This document shows positions 8,696-18,016 of a DNA stretch of 64,000 bases, one piece after another. Location: the NCBI GenBank assembly GCA_964638415.1, contig CAZWYP010000005.1, positions 4,121 through 68,120 of the forward strand, given 5' to 3'. The first letter of the stretch is position 1; every line of letters begins with the position of its first letter. The position numbers were made by a program, and so were the translations under genes. Origin of the DNA: an uncultured Gammaproteobacteria bacterium (lineage in GTDB: Bacteria > Patescibacteriota > Patescibacteriia > UBA1558 > GWA2-36-10). A model generated the notes under the pieces. It was not told where the DNA came from. It did not search any database and worked only from the letters and a program-made list of their open reading frames with translations.

Positions 8696-9088
8696 TCAAG
8701 CCGCTTGGTGTAATAGTCTCTGCACCGAATCAAAGAATTCGACAAGCCTAAAAGGCTTAACCAGCATCAGGTCTGGAGTCTCTTCCGGTGGACGCTTGCG
8801 CACCTCCCAAGGCTTGCCGGTCATCAAGATGGTTCGGATAGAAGGATATAATGCCTTAATTTCGGCAATGGCATCATCACCGTTTTTTCCAGGCATATGG
8901 CAATCCGAAACTACCAGCTCAACTGGATGTTCAGAAACCAATTGGCACAATTCCTCTCCATTAGAAACTTTGCCAATTTCATTATCCGTTAAACCGATAT
9001 TAGCCTGTAGAAGAATCTTCGCCACCAGTTCTCGGGATGGTTCATCGTCATCAGCTACTATGACTCGGAATTTTTTTTCCGTCTCCAT
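8696..9088 (-). CDS. single-domain response regulator (CheY-like receiver only)
   Basis: VIVADDD acidic pocket, phospho-acceptor Asp in LVVSDCHMPGKNG, and conserved T/K (ILMTGK...KP). ATG at 9088 with an AAAGG RBS is preferred over the GTG at 9115. Hairpin plus T-run terminator at ~8644-8680. Confidence 0.65.
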   Translation of the reverse strand: METEKKFRVIVADDDEPSRELVAKILLQANIGLTDNEIGKVSNGEELCQLVSEHPVELVVSDCHMPGKNGDDAIAEIKALYPSIRTILMTGKPWEVRKRPPEETPDLMLVKPFRLVEFFDSVQRLLHQAA

Positions 9089-9229
9089 GATCTGCCTTTC
9101 TATTGAAAATAACACAAATTATTAGGAATATACCATAAAAAAATGATTCTGTCAATCCTTGTATATAAAAAGAAGCCCCTAACAAGTATGGAACTTGCTA
9201 GGGACTTGGGGCGATCTGACGCGGGAGAG

Positions 9230-9949
9230 TCAGACGGTAGCTGGCATCGGTTGAGGAAGAATCACTTCTCCCAATTGGCGCAAACGCCCCACTATCATGA
9301 GGTGGGGCTCGGAATCTGGCTTGGTCAAACCCAATAAGCGTTGGAGGTATGATCGACTCTTGATCTTACTCACCTGATTTCTCAGGTGGGTCTGTGTAAG
9401 GCTGCTGCCTAAATCTTGTGGCATCATCTGATGGCACCGGATCAAAGCAACAGCATTGTGCTGCAACTGACAAATCTGACTGTCGAAAACTTGGAGTATT
9501 CTCCTGCGAACGAACAAGCGTTCTTTGGAATTAACTCCCAGAAGGTTTGCAATTTGGCACAATTCTTGCAAATCAGTAATACCTCCAACCAAAGTTTTCA
9601 ACTTGTTGAAAGCGACAAGTCTCTTTTGCACCCAGCTGTCGCGTTCTTTGTCGCGCCAAGACTGAGCAGAAATAAGAGCTTGCCAATAATTGATCTCCTC
9701 AGCCAGTGCACGCGCCAGACGCAATCTGACTACCTTGGTGGATTCTGGAGATTGGCACTTAGCAAGCAACACTCGCAAAGTTTCAATTTCCACTTCCGCT
9801 AAAGCAGTATTCAGCCTGGTGCAAGCCAAGGTGGATGCTGACTTCAAGCCGCGGCTGTAAGAAGCTTTGATCTGCTCTTGCAGATAATCAACGTATCGAA
9901 TCAAAGAAGCTGGTGCTGTAGGTGCTGGTGTTGGTGATGTTTCGGTCAT
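9230..9949 (-). CDS. hypothetical protein with a possible sigma70-region-4-like HTH
   Basis: LQELCQIANLLGVNSKERLFVRRRILQ resembles an r4.2-type HTH. Pro/Thr-rich N-terminus. GC ~47%. Confidence 0.35.
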   Translation of the reverse strand: MTETSPTPAPTAPASLIRYVDYLQEQIKASYSRGLKSASTLACTRLNTALAEVEIETLRVLLAKCQSPESTKVVRLRLARALAEEINYWQALISAQSWRDKERDSWVQKRLVAFNKLKTLVGGITDLQELCQIANLLGVNSKERLFVRRRILQVFDSQICQLQHNAVALIRCHQMMPQDLGSSLTQTHLRNQVSKIKSRSYLQRLLGLTKPDSEPHLMIVGRLRQLGEVILPQPMPATV

Positions 9950-10027
9950 TCAGACTCTCTCCCGATGTAAAAATTGAAGGGTACATTTTCGTAAAATGTA
10001 GATTAGCAAAAAAACTGCTATTTGTCA

Positions 10028-10066
10028 ATTAAAAAATCCCCATAATTAGGTATTATTGGGGATTTT
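10028..10066. terminator. Terminator hairpin downstream of tsf (aaaatccccataat...attattggggatttttt)
   Basis: Imperfect 10-bp stem flanked by A and T runs. Confidence 0.4.
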
Positions 10067-10074
10067 TTATGTTT

Positions 10075-10851
10075 TTATAAGCTGAAATAATAGAATTTTT
10101 CTACTTTAGCTTGATTGTTGGCAGCAAACTGCTCTACGCTCATTTTATCATCCTTGATATACGGCTGCTGCAATAAGCAGACTTCGCTGTAGAATTTATT
10201 GATCTTGCCTGAACTTATTTTCTCAATCATCTCGGCTGGCTTACCTTCATTTTTAAGCTGTTCAGCAATAATCTCTTTTTCCTTAGCCAGCACTTCTGCC
10301 GGAACTTCAGCAGGCTGCAAATATTTTGGCGACATCGCAGCTACATGCATAGCAATTTCTTTGGCAATAGCCTCATCGCCAGTGGCCAGCACTACTACGG
10401 AAGCCACCTTACGATTGGAATGCAAATAACTGCCAATTACCGGACCGTCAATGATATCGGCTCCGGCTAACTGGATATTCTCCCCGATTTTAACAATTAA
10501 ATTATTCTTAATTTCCTGATCAGCCCAAGCAGTAAACTCCGCTAAGCCTAAATTTAATAATTTATCGGCAAAGACTTGAGCGGCATCAATAAAATCCTGG
10601 TTGCGTGCTACAAAATCCGTTTCACAGCTTAATCTGACTACTGCTAATTTTCCAGCAGCAGCCGAAAAAGCAATTACCCCCTCTTTGGCAGTGCGGGAAC
10701 TTTTTTTCTCCGCTATTTTCTGTCCGGCTTTGCGCAGAATTTCTACCGCCTTAGTCTCGTCATCGCCAGCCTGTTCCAAAGCCTGTTTGACATCAACCAT
10801 GCCGGCGCCAGTCAATTCTCTTACTCTTTTAATTAAAGCTAAATCAGCCAT
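10075..10851 (-). CDS. tsf: elongation factor Ts
   Basis: N-terminal UBA-like LIKRVRELTGAGMVDVKQAL; sits immediately downstream of rpsB as in the standard operon. Confidence 0.85.
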   Translation of the reverse strand: MADLALIKRVRELTGAGMVDVKQALEQAGDDETKAVEILRKAGQKIAEKKSSRTAKEGVIAFSAAAGKLAVVRLSCETDFVARNQDFIDAAQVFADKLLNLGLAEFTAWADQEIKNNLIVKIGENIQLAGADIIDGPVIGSYLHSNRKVASVVVLATGDEAIAKEIAMHVAAMSPKYLQPAEVPAEVLAKEKEIIAEQLKNEGKPAEMIEKISSGKINKFYSEVCLLQQPYIKDDKMSVEQFAANNQAKVEKFYYFSL

Positions 10852-10868
10852 AATATTATTTTCTCTTA

Positions 10869-11561
10869 CTAATTATTTTTGTTTTTTGCCTCGCTAATGG
10901 CAGCGGCTACCAAATTGGTAATTGTTTCAATGGATTTAACAGCATCATCGTTAGCGGGAATCGGATACTGCACTAAGTCCGGATTGGTATTGGTATCTAC
11001 CAAAGCAATGATCGGAATCTTCACTTTATTAGCTTCGGCTACTGCTGTCTTTTCTTTCTTAATATCCACCACGAAAATCGCTTGTGGCAATCTCTTCATC
11101 TTGCGGATACCGCCCACGGTTTCTTCCAGTTTCTTAATCTGCTTTTCAAAAGTAACCTGCTCTTTCTTGGTATAACGCTCCCAAACGCCTTCTTCCCGGT
11201 CTTTCTCCAAACTTTCCAGCTTATTGGTCAGCTTCACGATATTGTCAAAGTTGGTGAAGGTTCCTCCCAACCAACGGCCGACAATATACGGCATATCCGC
11301 AGTCACTGCCGCCTTATGAATAATATCCTTAGCTTGTTTTTTAGAGCCAATGAATAAAATCGTGCCATTGGCTTTAATTACTTTCTCCACAAAAGCTAAA
11401 GCCTCATGCAATTTCTCTACTGTTTTCTGCAGATCAATTACATGGACGCCACTGCGTTTAGTGAAGATATACTGAGACATTTTAGGATAGCGCTTGGAAG
11501 TCTTATGACCAAAGTGCACTCCTTTTTTCAGCAATTCTTCTAAACTTGGTAAATTTACCAT
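10869..11561 (-). CDS. rpsB: 30S ribosomal protein S2
   Basis: LLKKGVHFGHKTSKRYPKM S2 signature. ATG at 11561 with an AAAGGA RBS is preferred over the upstream 11594 start. Confidence 0.9.
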   Translation of the reverse strand: MVNLPSLEELLKKGVHFGHKTSKRYPKMSQYIFTKRSGVHVIDLQKTVEKLHEALAFVEKVIKANGTILFIGSKKQAKDIIHKAAVTADMPYIVGRWLGGTFTNFDNIVKLTNKLESLEKDREEGVWERYTKKEQVTFEKQIKKLEETVGGIRKMKRLPQAIFVVDIKKEKTAVAEANKVKIPIIALVDTNTNPDLVQYPIPANDDAVKSIETITNLVAAAISEAKNKNN

Positions 11562-11791
11562 CTTATTTTTTCCTTTCTTACCTGCGTTTTTCATACTGTA
11601 GCCAGATCCTTAAGATAAGGACAAGGAAGCTAAGTCTTGAGTAAAAACGCTTGTATTTGTTAATTTATTAATACTTTATACAAAAGTAGCAAAAGTTTAA
11701 CACAAGGTGGTAATTTTGACAAGAGTAGCAAAACCGCCCTATCCCTTGACTTTATTAAGGTAAAATGATATTCTACCGGCACGATAAATTT

Positions 11792-12130
11792 ATGAAAAAA
11801 GACATTCATCCAAAATATTACCCTGAGGCTAAAATTATCTGCGCCTGCGGAAAAGTTTTTACCGTGGGTTCAACTAATCAGGAAATCCATGTGGAAATCT
11901 GCTCCAATTGCCATCCTTTCTATACCGGCAAGGAAAAATTAGTAGATAGTGCTGGCCGTGTTGATCGCTTCAAGAAAATGGAAAAACTCAAAGAAGTGGC
12001 AGCTAAAACCAGAAAAGGCAAAGCAGATAAAAAGAAAAGATCAGCCGCTCGCAAAGTGGAAAAAGAACGAGCTAAGGTTAAAGCAGAAATTAAAGACAAT
12101 AGCCAAGCTAAAGCCAAGACCAAAAAGTAA
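11792..12130 (+). CDS. rpmE: 50S ribosomal protein L31 (type A, Zn-ribbon) with a ~50-aa Lys/Ala-rich C-terminal extension
   Basis: [11 protein letters not shown]-terminus; CxxC...[11 protein letters not shown] zinc ribbon. The tail [32 protein letters not shown] is absent from typical L31. Confidence 0.85.
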   Translation: MKKDIHPKYYPEAKIICACGKVFTVGSTNQEIHVEICSNCHPFYTGKEKLVDSAGRVDRFKKMEKLKEVAAKTRKGKADKKKRSAARKVEKERAKVKAEIKDNSQAKAKTKK

Positions 12131-12204
12131 CTGTTTTATATATAAAAACTCTTATTGTATTCATAAGAGTTTTTTGTTTACCTAAATTATACTATAATAA
12201 CAAT

Positions 12205-13254
12205 ATGATAGATATTAATAAAATAAAGCAAGAAATAGCTGAACTGGAAGACAAGATGCAACAGCCGGAAGTAGTCAAAGACACTCAGCAGATGAGCAAA
12301 CTTGGCAAGCAATACAATAAAGCCAAGGAGATTTTAAATTTAGCGGAAAGCTTGGAAAAAAATAAGGCGGAATTGGCCGGTTTGAAAGAAATGTCAATTA
12401 AGGAAACTGATCCGGAAATGGCCAGCCTGACTTTGGGTGAAATTGAAGATTTGGAAAAAAGAATTGCTGAACAGGAAAGTAAGTTGGATGACTTACTTAA
12501 TCCAGCTGATCCGGCCGATGAAAGAAATGTCATTTTGGAAATCCGGGCCGGTACTGGCGGTGATGAATCTGCTTTGTTTGCCGCTGATTTGTTCCGCATG
12601 TACGCCCGTTTTGCCGAAAACCAAAACTGGCAAGTAAAAGTTATTTCACAGAATCGCACGGAAATCGGTGGCTTCAAAGAAATTATCGCCGAAGTCTCCG
12701 GAGACAATGTGTATAAATATTTCAAATTTGAAAGCGGTGTCCATCGCGTCCAGCGCGTGCCGGAAACGGAAAAAGCCGGCCGCGTGCATACTTCAGCAGC
12801 CACCGTAGCAGTAATGCCGGAAGCTGAGGAAATAGATTTAAAAATCGAGCCAAAAGATTTAAAAATTGAAACCACTACTTCATCAGGACATGGCGGACAG
12901 TCAGTCAACACCACTTATTCAGCGGTCCGCATTACTCACTTACCCACTGGACTAATGGTGCAATGCCAGGATGAACGCTCCCAAACTCAGAATAAAGAAC
13001 GGGCCATGCAGGTTTTACGCTCACGGTTACTAGCTATGGAAGAAGAGAAAAAACACCAGGAACGGGCTGCCAACCGCAAAAGCCAGATTGGCACCGGCGA
13101 TCGTTCGGAAAAAATCCGTACTTACAATTTCCCTCAGGACAGGTTAACTGATCACCGCGTTAAACTTACTTTGCATAATTTAGCCAAAATCTTAGATGGT
13201 GACCTTTTGCCGATTATCACTCCCTTGCAGCAAGCCGCCAAAGAAATCAAATAA
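12205..13254 (+). CDS. prfA: peptide chain release factor 1
   Basis: GGQ motif ([12 protein letters not shown]). The tripeptide recognition loop reads RVQRVPETE (P-E-T at the PxT position). Confidence 0.9.
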   Translation: MIDINKIKQEIAELEDKMQQPEVVKDTQQMSKLGKQYNKAKEILNLAESLEKNKAELAGLKEMSIKETDPEMASLTLGEIEDLEKRIAEQESKLDDLLNPADPADERNVILEIRAGTGGDESALFAADLFRMYARFAENQNWQVKVISQNRTEIGGFKEIIAEVSGDNVYKYFKFESGVHRVQRVPETEKAGRVHTSAATVAVMPEAEEIDLKIEPKDLKIETTTSSGHGGQSVNTTYSAVRITHLPTGLMVQCQDERSQTQNKERAMQVLRSRLLAMEEEKKHQERAANRKSQIGTGDRSEKIRTYNFPQDRLTDHRVKLTLHNLAKILDGDLLPIITPLQQAAKEIK

Positions 13255-13256
13255 TA

Positions 13257-14066
13257 ATGACCATCAAGGAATGCTTGGCTAAAAATTACCAAACAAAATA
13301 TCCCCGTCAAGAAATTGATGAGCTTTTAGCTTTAGCGCTCCACCGGCCGCTATCCTATCTGTACAAGCATCCGGAAAAAATTATCTCTTTTTCCGCTATT
13401 AAAGCTTTTAACAAACTGCTGAAATTAAGAGAAAATAATTTTTCCCTGGCCTATCTTAAAGGATATAAATATTTCTGCAATTTAAAATTCCTAGTCAATA
13501 AGCATGTCTTAATTCCCCGACCAGACAGTGAAATAATAATCACTGAAAGTTTAAAATTATTAGCTAAAATAAAAAACCCTAAGGTATTAGATATTGGAAC
13601 CGGTTCTGGCTGTCTAATTATCTCCCTAGCTAAAAATTATTTTCCAGCTAATTACTATGCCGCCGATATTTCTTCCCGTGCCCTAACTGTCGCTAAAACC
13701 AATGCCCGGAAGCATCAGGTTAAAATTAAATTCATTAAATCTAATTTGCTTAATAAAATACCGCCAATAAAATTCGATTTAATCATCGCTAATCTGCCCT
13801 ATTTAACCAAAGCGCAACTTTCCGAAGCTAGTATTAAGCAAGAACCGCAACTGGCTTTATTTGGCGGGCAAGAGGGCTTGGATCATTACCAAAAACTGCT
13901 TAAAAAAATTCCTGAATTCCTTACCGATAAAGGTAAATTAATTTTAGAAATTGATCCTGGACAAACTAAAAAAATAAGTGAAATAATTAAAAAATATTTA
14001 CCAACTAAAAAAGTATCCGCCAAAAAAGACTTGTCGGGATTAAATCGCTTAATGGTAATAAGTTAA
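13257..14066 (+). CDS. prmC: release factor glutamine N5-methyltransferase
   Basis: AdoMet motif VLDIGTGSGC; catalytic tetrapeptide reads NLPY (canonical NPPY). Immediately downstream of prfA. Confidence 0.8.
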   Translation: MTIKECLAKNYQTKYPRQEIDELLALALHRPLSYLYKHPEKIISFSAIKAFNKLLKLRENNFSLAYLKGYKYFCNLKFLVNKHVLIPRPDSEIIITESLKLLAKIKNPKVLDIGTGSGCLIISLAKNYFPANYYAADISSRALTVAKTNARKHQVKIKFIKSNLLNKIPPIKFDLIIANLPYLTKAQLSEASIKQEPQLALFGGQEGLDHYQKLLKKIPEFLTDKGKLILEIDPGQTKKISEIIKKYLPTKKVSAKKDLSGLNRLMVIS

Positions 14067-14094
14067 AAACCCTCAATAATAATTGAGGGTTTTT
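14066..14094. terminator. Bidirectional terminator hairpin (aaaaccctcaat aataa ttgagggttttt)
   Basis: Perfect 11-bp stem between the prmC stop and the convergent small ORF. Confidence 0.55.
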
Positions 14095-14108
14095 AGATTG
14101 GCGTAGCC

Positions 14109-14372
14109 TTAAACTCTGGCCACAAACTGACAGAAATCATTTTCTTCCGACTCCTTCATGGACAGCAGTTCTTGGAGCGTAACACTCCGGATTTGAAAAC
14201 TTGACCAGTGCATAATAAGGTACTCCACCACTTCGCTATGGTGAACTATCCGCCGCCGAACCAAGGTTTTGACCGGCAGAAATTTCGGATTATTTTGCCA
14301 GAGACGCTTAAGCTTCTCCAGCAAGGGAATAGAGACATCCACACCACTACCTAATGGATAAGCCGACAACAT
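14109..14372 (-). CDS. small hypothetical protein (87 aa) with its own consensus promoter and strong RBS
   Basis: AAGGAGG RBS 7 nt before the ATG; TTGACA - 17 nt - TATGTT promoter on the minus strand at 14425-14453. No family recognised. Confidence 0.45.
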   Translation of the reverse strand: MLSAYPLGSGVDVSIPLLEKLKRLWQNNPKFLPVKTLVRRRIVHHSEVVEYLIMHWSSFQIRSVTLQELLSMKESEENDFCQFVARV

Positions 14373-14528
14373 AATAGCCTCCTTTCTACTTGGCCCACCA
14401 AGTTATGAGGAACTTAACTATCTTCAACATAGCAATTATTAACTTTTTGTCAACACAAACATCCTAAGCAAAGCAAAAGACCTTACATTATGTAAGGTCT
14501 TTAACAATTCATTCTGACTGGTAAATTA

Positions 14529-14984
14529 TCAAGTAGCGATGACTTCAATTTCTATCAGCGCCTGGTCAAATTCTACCAACTGTCCATTTTCAACCAATAT
14601 CTTAACCACCTTGCCGCTGACTCCAGCTTCAATCTCATTCATCAACTTCATCGCCTCAATGATGCAGACAATCGTGCCGCTTTCCACCTGATCGCCAACT
14701 TTGACATAAGGCTGGGCGTCCGGATTTGGAGCGCGATAGAAAGTACCGACCATAGGAGATTTTATGGTGTAAATATTCTTGACTTCTTCCTCTTGAGCGG
14801 GATTTCCCGGGCTAACTGGCTGGCTGGCATTTAGCGGCGATACTGCAATTGGCTGGCTGGCAAAAGCGGCGGCAGTTTTCATGGAAATACGCCAACGATT
14901 TTCTTCGTCTACTACTTCCATCGAAGCCAGGCCGGAAGCAGTAAACATCTTCACCACTGACCTCAGGATCTTGAGACTTATCAT
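14529..14984 (-). CDS. accB: biotin carboxyl carrier protein-like (biotinyl domain)
   Basis: [11 protein letters not shown] biotin-attachment motif; Pro/Ala-rich linker; AccB-like N-terminus starting at the internal ATG 14984 (AAAGGA RBS). No accC, accA or accD in the window. Confidence 0.7.
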   Translation of the reverse strand: MISLKILRSVVKMFTASGLASMEVVDEENRWRISMKTAAAFASQPIAVSPLNASQPVSPGNPAQEEEVKNIYTIKSPMVGTFYRAPNPDAQPYVKVGDQVESGTIVCIIEAMKLMNEIEAGVSGKVVKILVENGQLVEFDQALIEIEVIAT

Positions 14985-15085
14985 GGTATTATTCCTTTTG
15001 TGCAAATAACAATTATCCTTGTTATCTAAACTCTTTTTTGTCTTTTTGTCAATCAAAAAACCGCTATTTAAGCGGTTTGAACACG

Positions 15086-16108
15086 CTATTCAATAATCAA
15101 TTTGGCTGGATCATCAATTATGGCAATCCAGGTTTTGCCTGGCACTAATTTTAATTCCTGCTGGTTGCTGTCTAAAAAAATAGTCCGTTGGTCGCGGTAT
15201 TCCCATTTCCCAGTTTGTTGCCCCCCTTTATTAAACACAAACACCTCTCCACCCTGCTTAGTCTCCATAGCCCGGCGTTCAGCATCAATTAAAGTGCTGG
15301 GAACAATCTGCACAATAACATTATCCGCTACTAGGCTATTACCATCAGCATCAATATCTTTAGCTTCCTGCTGCCAACGCTGGTAAACAGACAATGCTTC
15401 ATTAAATCGCCAAGATACCTGGTATAACTCAGTGGAAAAATTAATGCTAAAATTCTTAATTTCCCCTACTGCCAAATCGTCAACAAAATTCCACTGCTTA
15501 AATTCCGAGGAAATGTTATTAACTTTTTTCATTTCACCGGCTCGGAGAATGTTACTGCTATTGGTAAAAACATTGTGCGGAGCAGATAACTTATCGTCAC
15601 GGAAAAAATAAATGCCACTGGCGCCCATTTCATCAATATTGGTAAAATCATAATCATCAATAACCGCCAAAGCTTGAGGACTACCGCCCACATGCATAAA
15701 CAGTCCGCGATATTCTTCAGCCCAGTCCATAAAATAATTCCGAGCTGATCTAACTGGACCGACTTTGACCAGCTTAGCTTGGCTGTCAAAAACTGCCAAC
15801 AGCCTGGTAATATTGCTTTCCGCCAAGGCTTCATAAACCACCACTGCTTCCGCTAAGCCGGCTTGGGGCGGAATATCAGCGGCATTATCCAACATTACTG
15901 CTACTGGAAAAAAATTATTCAATTCTTCTTCAATAATTAGCCCAGTTAAAGGATGGCGATTCTTATCTACTGCTTCATCTAAATTAACAACTTCATCTTG
16001 GCTATTATCAACTGAAAAAAAATAATTAACCAAGCCAGCGCCAAGCAAAATAACTGCCACGGCTATGACAGTTATTGGCCAAATTTTTCTTAATTTAAAA
16101 TTCAACAT
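15086..16108 (-). CDS. DUF3048 (YerB-like) membrane-anchored protein
   Basis: [40 protein letters not shown] matches the DUF3048 N-domain consensus; N-terminal TM helix. The internal ATG at 16108 is preferred and avoids overlap with L25. Confidence 0.5.
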   Translation of the reverse strand: MLNFKLRKIWPITVIAVAVILLGAGLVNYFFSVDNSQDEVVNLDEAVDKNRHPLTGLIIEEELNNFFPVAVMLDNAADIPPQAGLAEAVVVYEALAESNITRLLAVFDSQAKLVKVGPVRSARNYFMDWAEEYRGLFMHVGGSPQALAVIDDYDFTNIDEMGASGIYFFRDDKLSAPHNVFTNSSNILRAGEMKKVNNISSEFKQWNFVDDLAVGEIKNFSINFSTELYQVSWRFNEALSVYQRWQQEAKDIDADGNSLVADNVIVQIVPSTLIDAERRAMETKQGGEVFVFNKGGQQTGKWEYRDQRTIFLDSNQQELKLVPGKTWIAIIDDPAKLIIE

Positions 16109-16157
16109 GAAGTATTGAATGTTTATTTTTTGTTTTAGTCTTAAGGCGAAAGAGAAA

Positions 16158-16820
16158 TTACTCCTCTTTCTTTTCGGCTGTTTCTTCCTTAGCTTCCTCT
16201 GCCGGAGCTTCACCTTCAGCTGGAGCAGCTACGGTCGGGGCAGCAGCTTGTTCGCCCAAATCCAATTTCTTAGGAACAATTACTGAAACCACCGGATCAT
16301 TGGGATTATTTAAAATCGCTACTTTTTCTGAAACCGCTAAATCTTTGATGGAAATGGTTTGGTTTAAATCAATTAAACCGGAAATGTCAACTTCAATAAC
16401 CGCTGGCAAATCTAGCGGTAAGCATTTTACCTTCACCTGATTATTCTTAATATCCAGCTTTCCACCATGCTCTTTGACACCTAAAGATTCTCCAACAAAT
16501 TTCAACGGCACCTTGGTCATCACTGGCTGATCATCCGCAATATGCAAAAAATCCACATGGATTACTTTATCCGACAGCGGATCCTGCTGGTAATCCCGGA
16601 CAATCACCCGCAAATCCTGGTCATCCAGCTTTAAATTAATAATATTGCTAGTACCAGCGCCGTTTAATACTTTAATGAGGTCATTATAGCGCACGGCTAA
16701 GGCTTGCGGTTTTTCTTTAGGACCGTAAATTACGCCCGGAACTTGACCTTCGCCTTTTAAAGCAGACAGATCGCTGCCAGTACCGATTTCTCTAGTTTTA
16801 GCTTCAAGTAAGAAATTCAT
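16158..16820 (-). CDS. rplY: 50S ribosomal protein L25 / general stress protein Ctc, with an acidic Ala/Pro/Glu-rich C-terminal tail
   Basis: N-terminal LLEAKTREIGTGSDLSALKGEGQVPGVIYG matches L25/Ctc. Tail APTVAAPAEGEAPAEEAKEETAEKKEE. ATG at 16820. Confidence 0.75.
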   Translation of the reverse strand: MNFLLEAKTREIGTGSDLSALKGEGQVPGVIYGPKEKPQALAVRYNDLIKVLNGAGTSNIINLKLDDQDLRVIVRDYQQDPLSDKVIHVDFLHIADDQPVMTKVPLKFVGESLGVKEHGGKLDIKNNQVKVKCLPLDLPAVIEVDISGLIDLNQTISIKDLAVSEKVAILNNPNDPVVSVIVPKKLDLGEQAAAPTVAAPAEGEAPAEEAKEETAEKKEE

Positions 16821-16921
16821 ATGTTTCTCTTGGGAATTAATATTCAATAATAGTGCGTCTATTTAATCATAAAAAGAAAAAAGAGTCAAGATATCTACTC
16901 CCTGGTTATTAATAGCTAAAA

Positions 16922-18016
16922 TTAACTGTTCCTAATCCTAATATTCTGGACAATGCCCAGGGCAATCATCGTCGCCCAAAGGGAACTACCGCCAGCCGAG
17001 ACCAAAGGCAAAGGAATGCCGGTCACCGGAGAAATGCCCATATTCATCCCGATATTAATAAAAATCTGGACCAGCAGCATGGCCAAAAAACCCAAAACTA
17101 AATAGGAGCCGAAATTATCCTGCGCCCGGCGCATAATTAAAAACAAACGGTAAAACAGGAAACCGAATAAAAATAATAAAACCGTCACGCCCACTAAACC
17201 CAAGTATTCGGAAATAACGGCAAAGATAAAATCAGTTCCCGGCTCCGGCAGAAAACGCAGATTGCTTTGTGAGCCCAAAGCCAATCCCCGGCCAAATAAT
17301 TGCCCGCTGCCCACTGCTATAATAGACTGAATTACATTATAACCCTGTCCTTGCGGATCCAGACTGGGATTAATAAAAGTCAAAATTCTAAATTTCTGGT
17401 ATTCTTTTAAAAGCCAAAACCAACTGGCTAAAGAAACGGCAATGAAAATTCCGGACAGCCAGAAAAAATGCTGCTTGCTAATACCGGTAAACAATAACAT
17501 CACTACCCAAGTGCCTAATAATACCAAGGCGGAACCTAGGTCAGGCTGCAAAATAACCAGGGCGACAAAAATAAAAGTCAGTAAGCCGGAAACAATAATA
17601 TGCCGCCAGCGCTTGAAATCTGCCGCGTGGTCGGAAAAATACTTAGCCAGGATAATAACTAAGGCAATCTTGGCAAATTCCACCGGCTGAATAGTCAACG
17701 GTCCTAAGGTCAACCAGCCAGTAGTACCGCGCACTGCCGTACCGACAATAATTAGAATTGCTAAAATCAGAACGAAGAAAATAAAAATAAGCTTACTATA
17801 AGTAAACCAAAATTGGTAATTAATTTTAGCGGCTAAAAAAAATAAGACTAATCCGCTTAAAGCAAAAACAATCTGTTTTTTAAATACTACGAAACTGGTA
17901 TCTTCAGTATTGAGACTTAAACTGTATAAAACGCTGATGCTGAGGATTAATAAAATCAGAACTGCCAACAATAGTGCCCAATCCAATTTTTGCCAAGCGG
18001 AAATGAACGGTCTCAT
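16922..18016 (-). CDS. ftsW: SEDS-family peptidoglycan glycosyltransferase (FtsW/RodA)
   Basis: Ten predicted TM segments; conserved PEPGTDFIF and GLPLPLVSAGGSS SEDS motifs. Confidence 0.8.
   Translation of the reverse strand: MRPFISAWQKLDWALLLAVLILLILSISVLYSLSLNTEDTSFVVFKKQIVFALSGLVLFFLAAKINYQFWFTYSKLIFIFFVLILAILIIVGTAVRGTTGWLTLGPLTIQPVEFAKIALVIILAKYFSDHAADFKRWRHIIVSGLLTFIFVALVILQPDLGSALVLLGTWVVMLLFTGISKQHFFWLSGIFIAVSLASWFWLLKEYQKFRILTFINPSLDPQGQGYNVIQSIIAVGSGQLFGRGLALGSQSNLRFLPEPGTDFIFAVISEYLGLVGVTVLLFLFGFLFYRLFLIMRRAQDNFGSYLVLGFLAMLLVQIFINIGMNMGISPVTGIPLPLVSAGGSSLWATMIALGIVQNIRIRNS

Noticed and set aside
11595-11764. Specific promoter assignment upstream of rpmE (TTGACT ... TGaTATTCT)
   Set aside because: The -10 element is weak and several alternative hexamers exist, so it is not reported as a feature.
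12285-12914. Long antisense ORFs inside well-supported genes (e.g. 12285..12914 within prfA, 27545..28054 within the coiled-coil gene, 3168..3479 opposite the DUF397 gene, 15102..15386, 20849..21289, 53521..53901)
   Set aside because: Each lies entirely within, and antisense to, a gene with strong motif support. They have no RBS and low-complexity translations, so they are treated as spurious.
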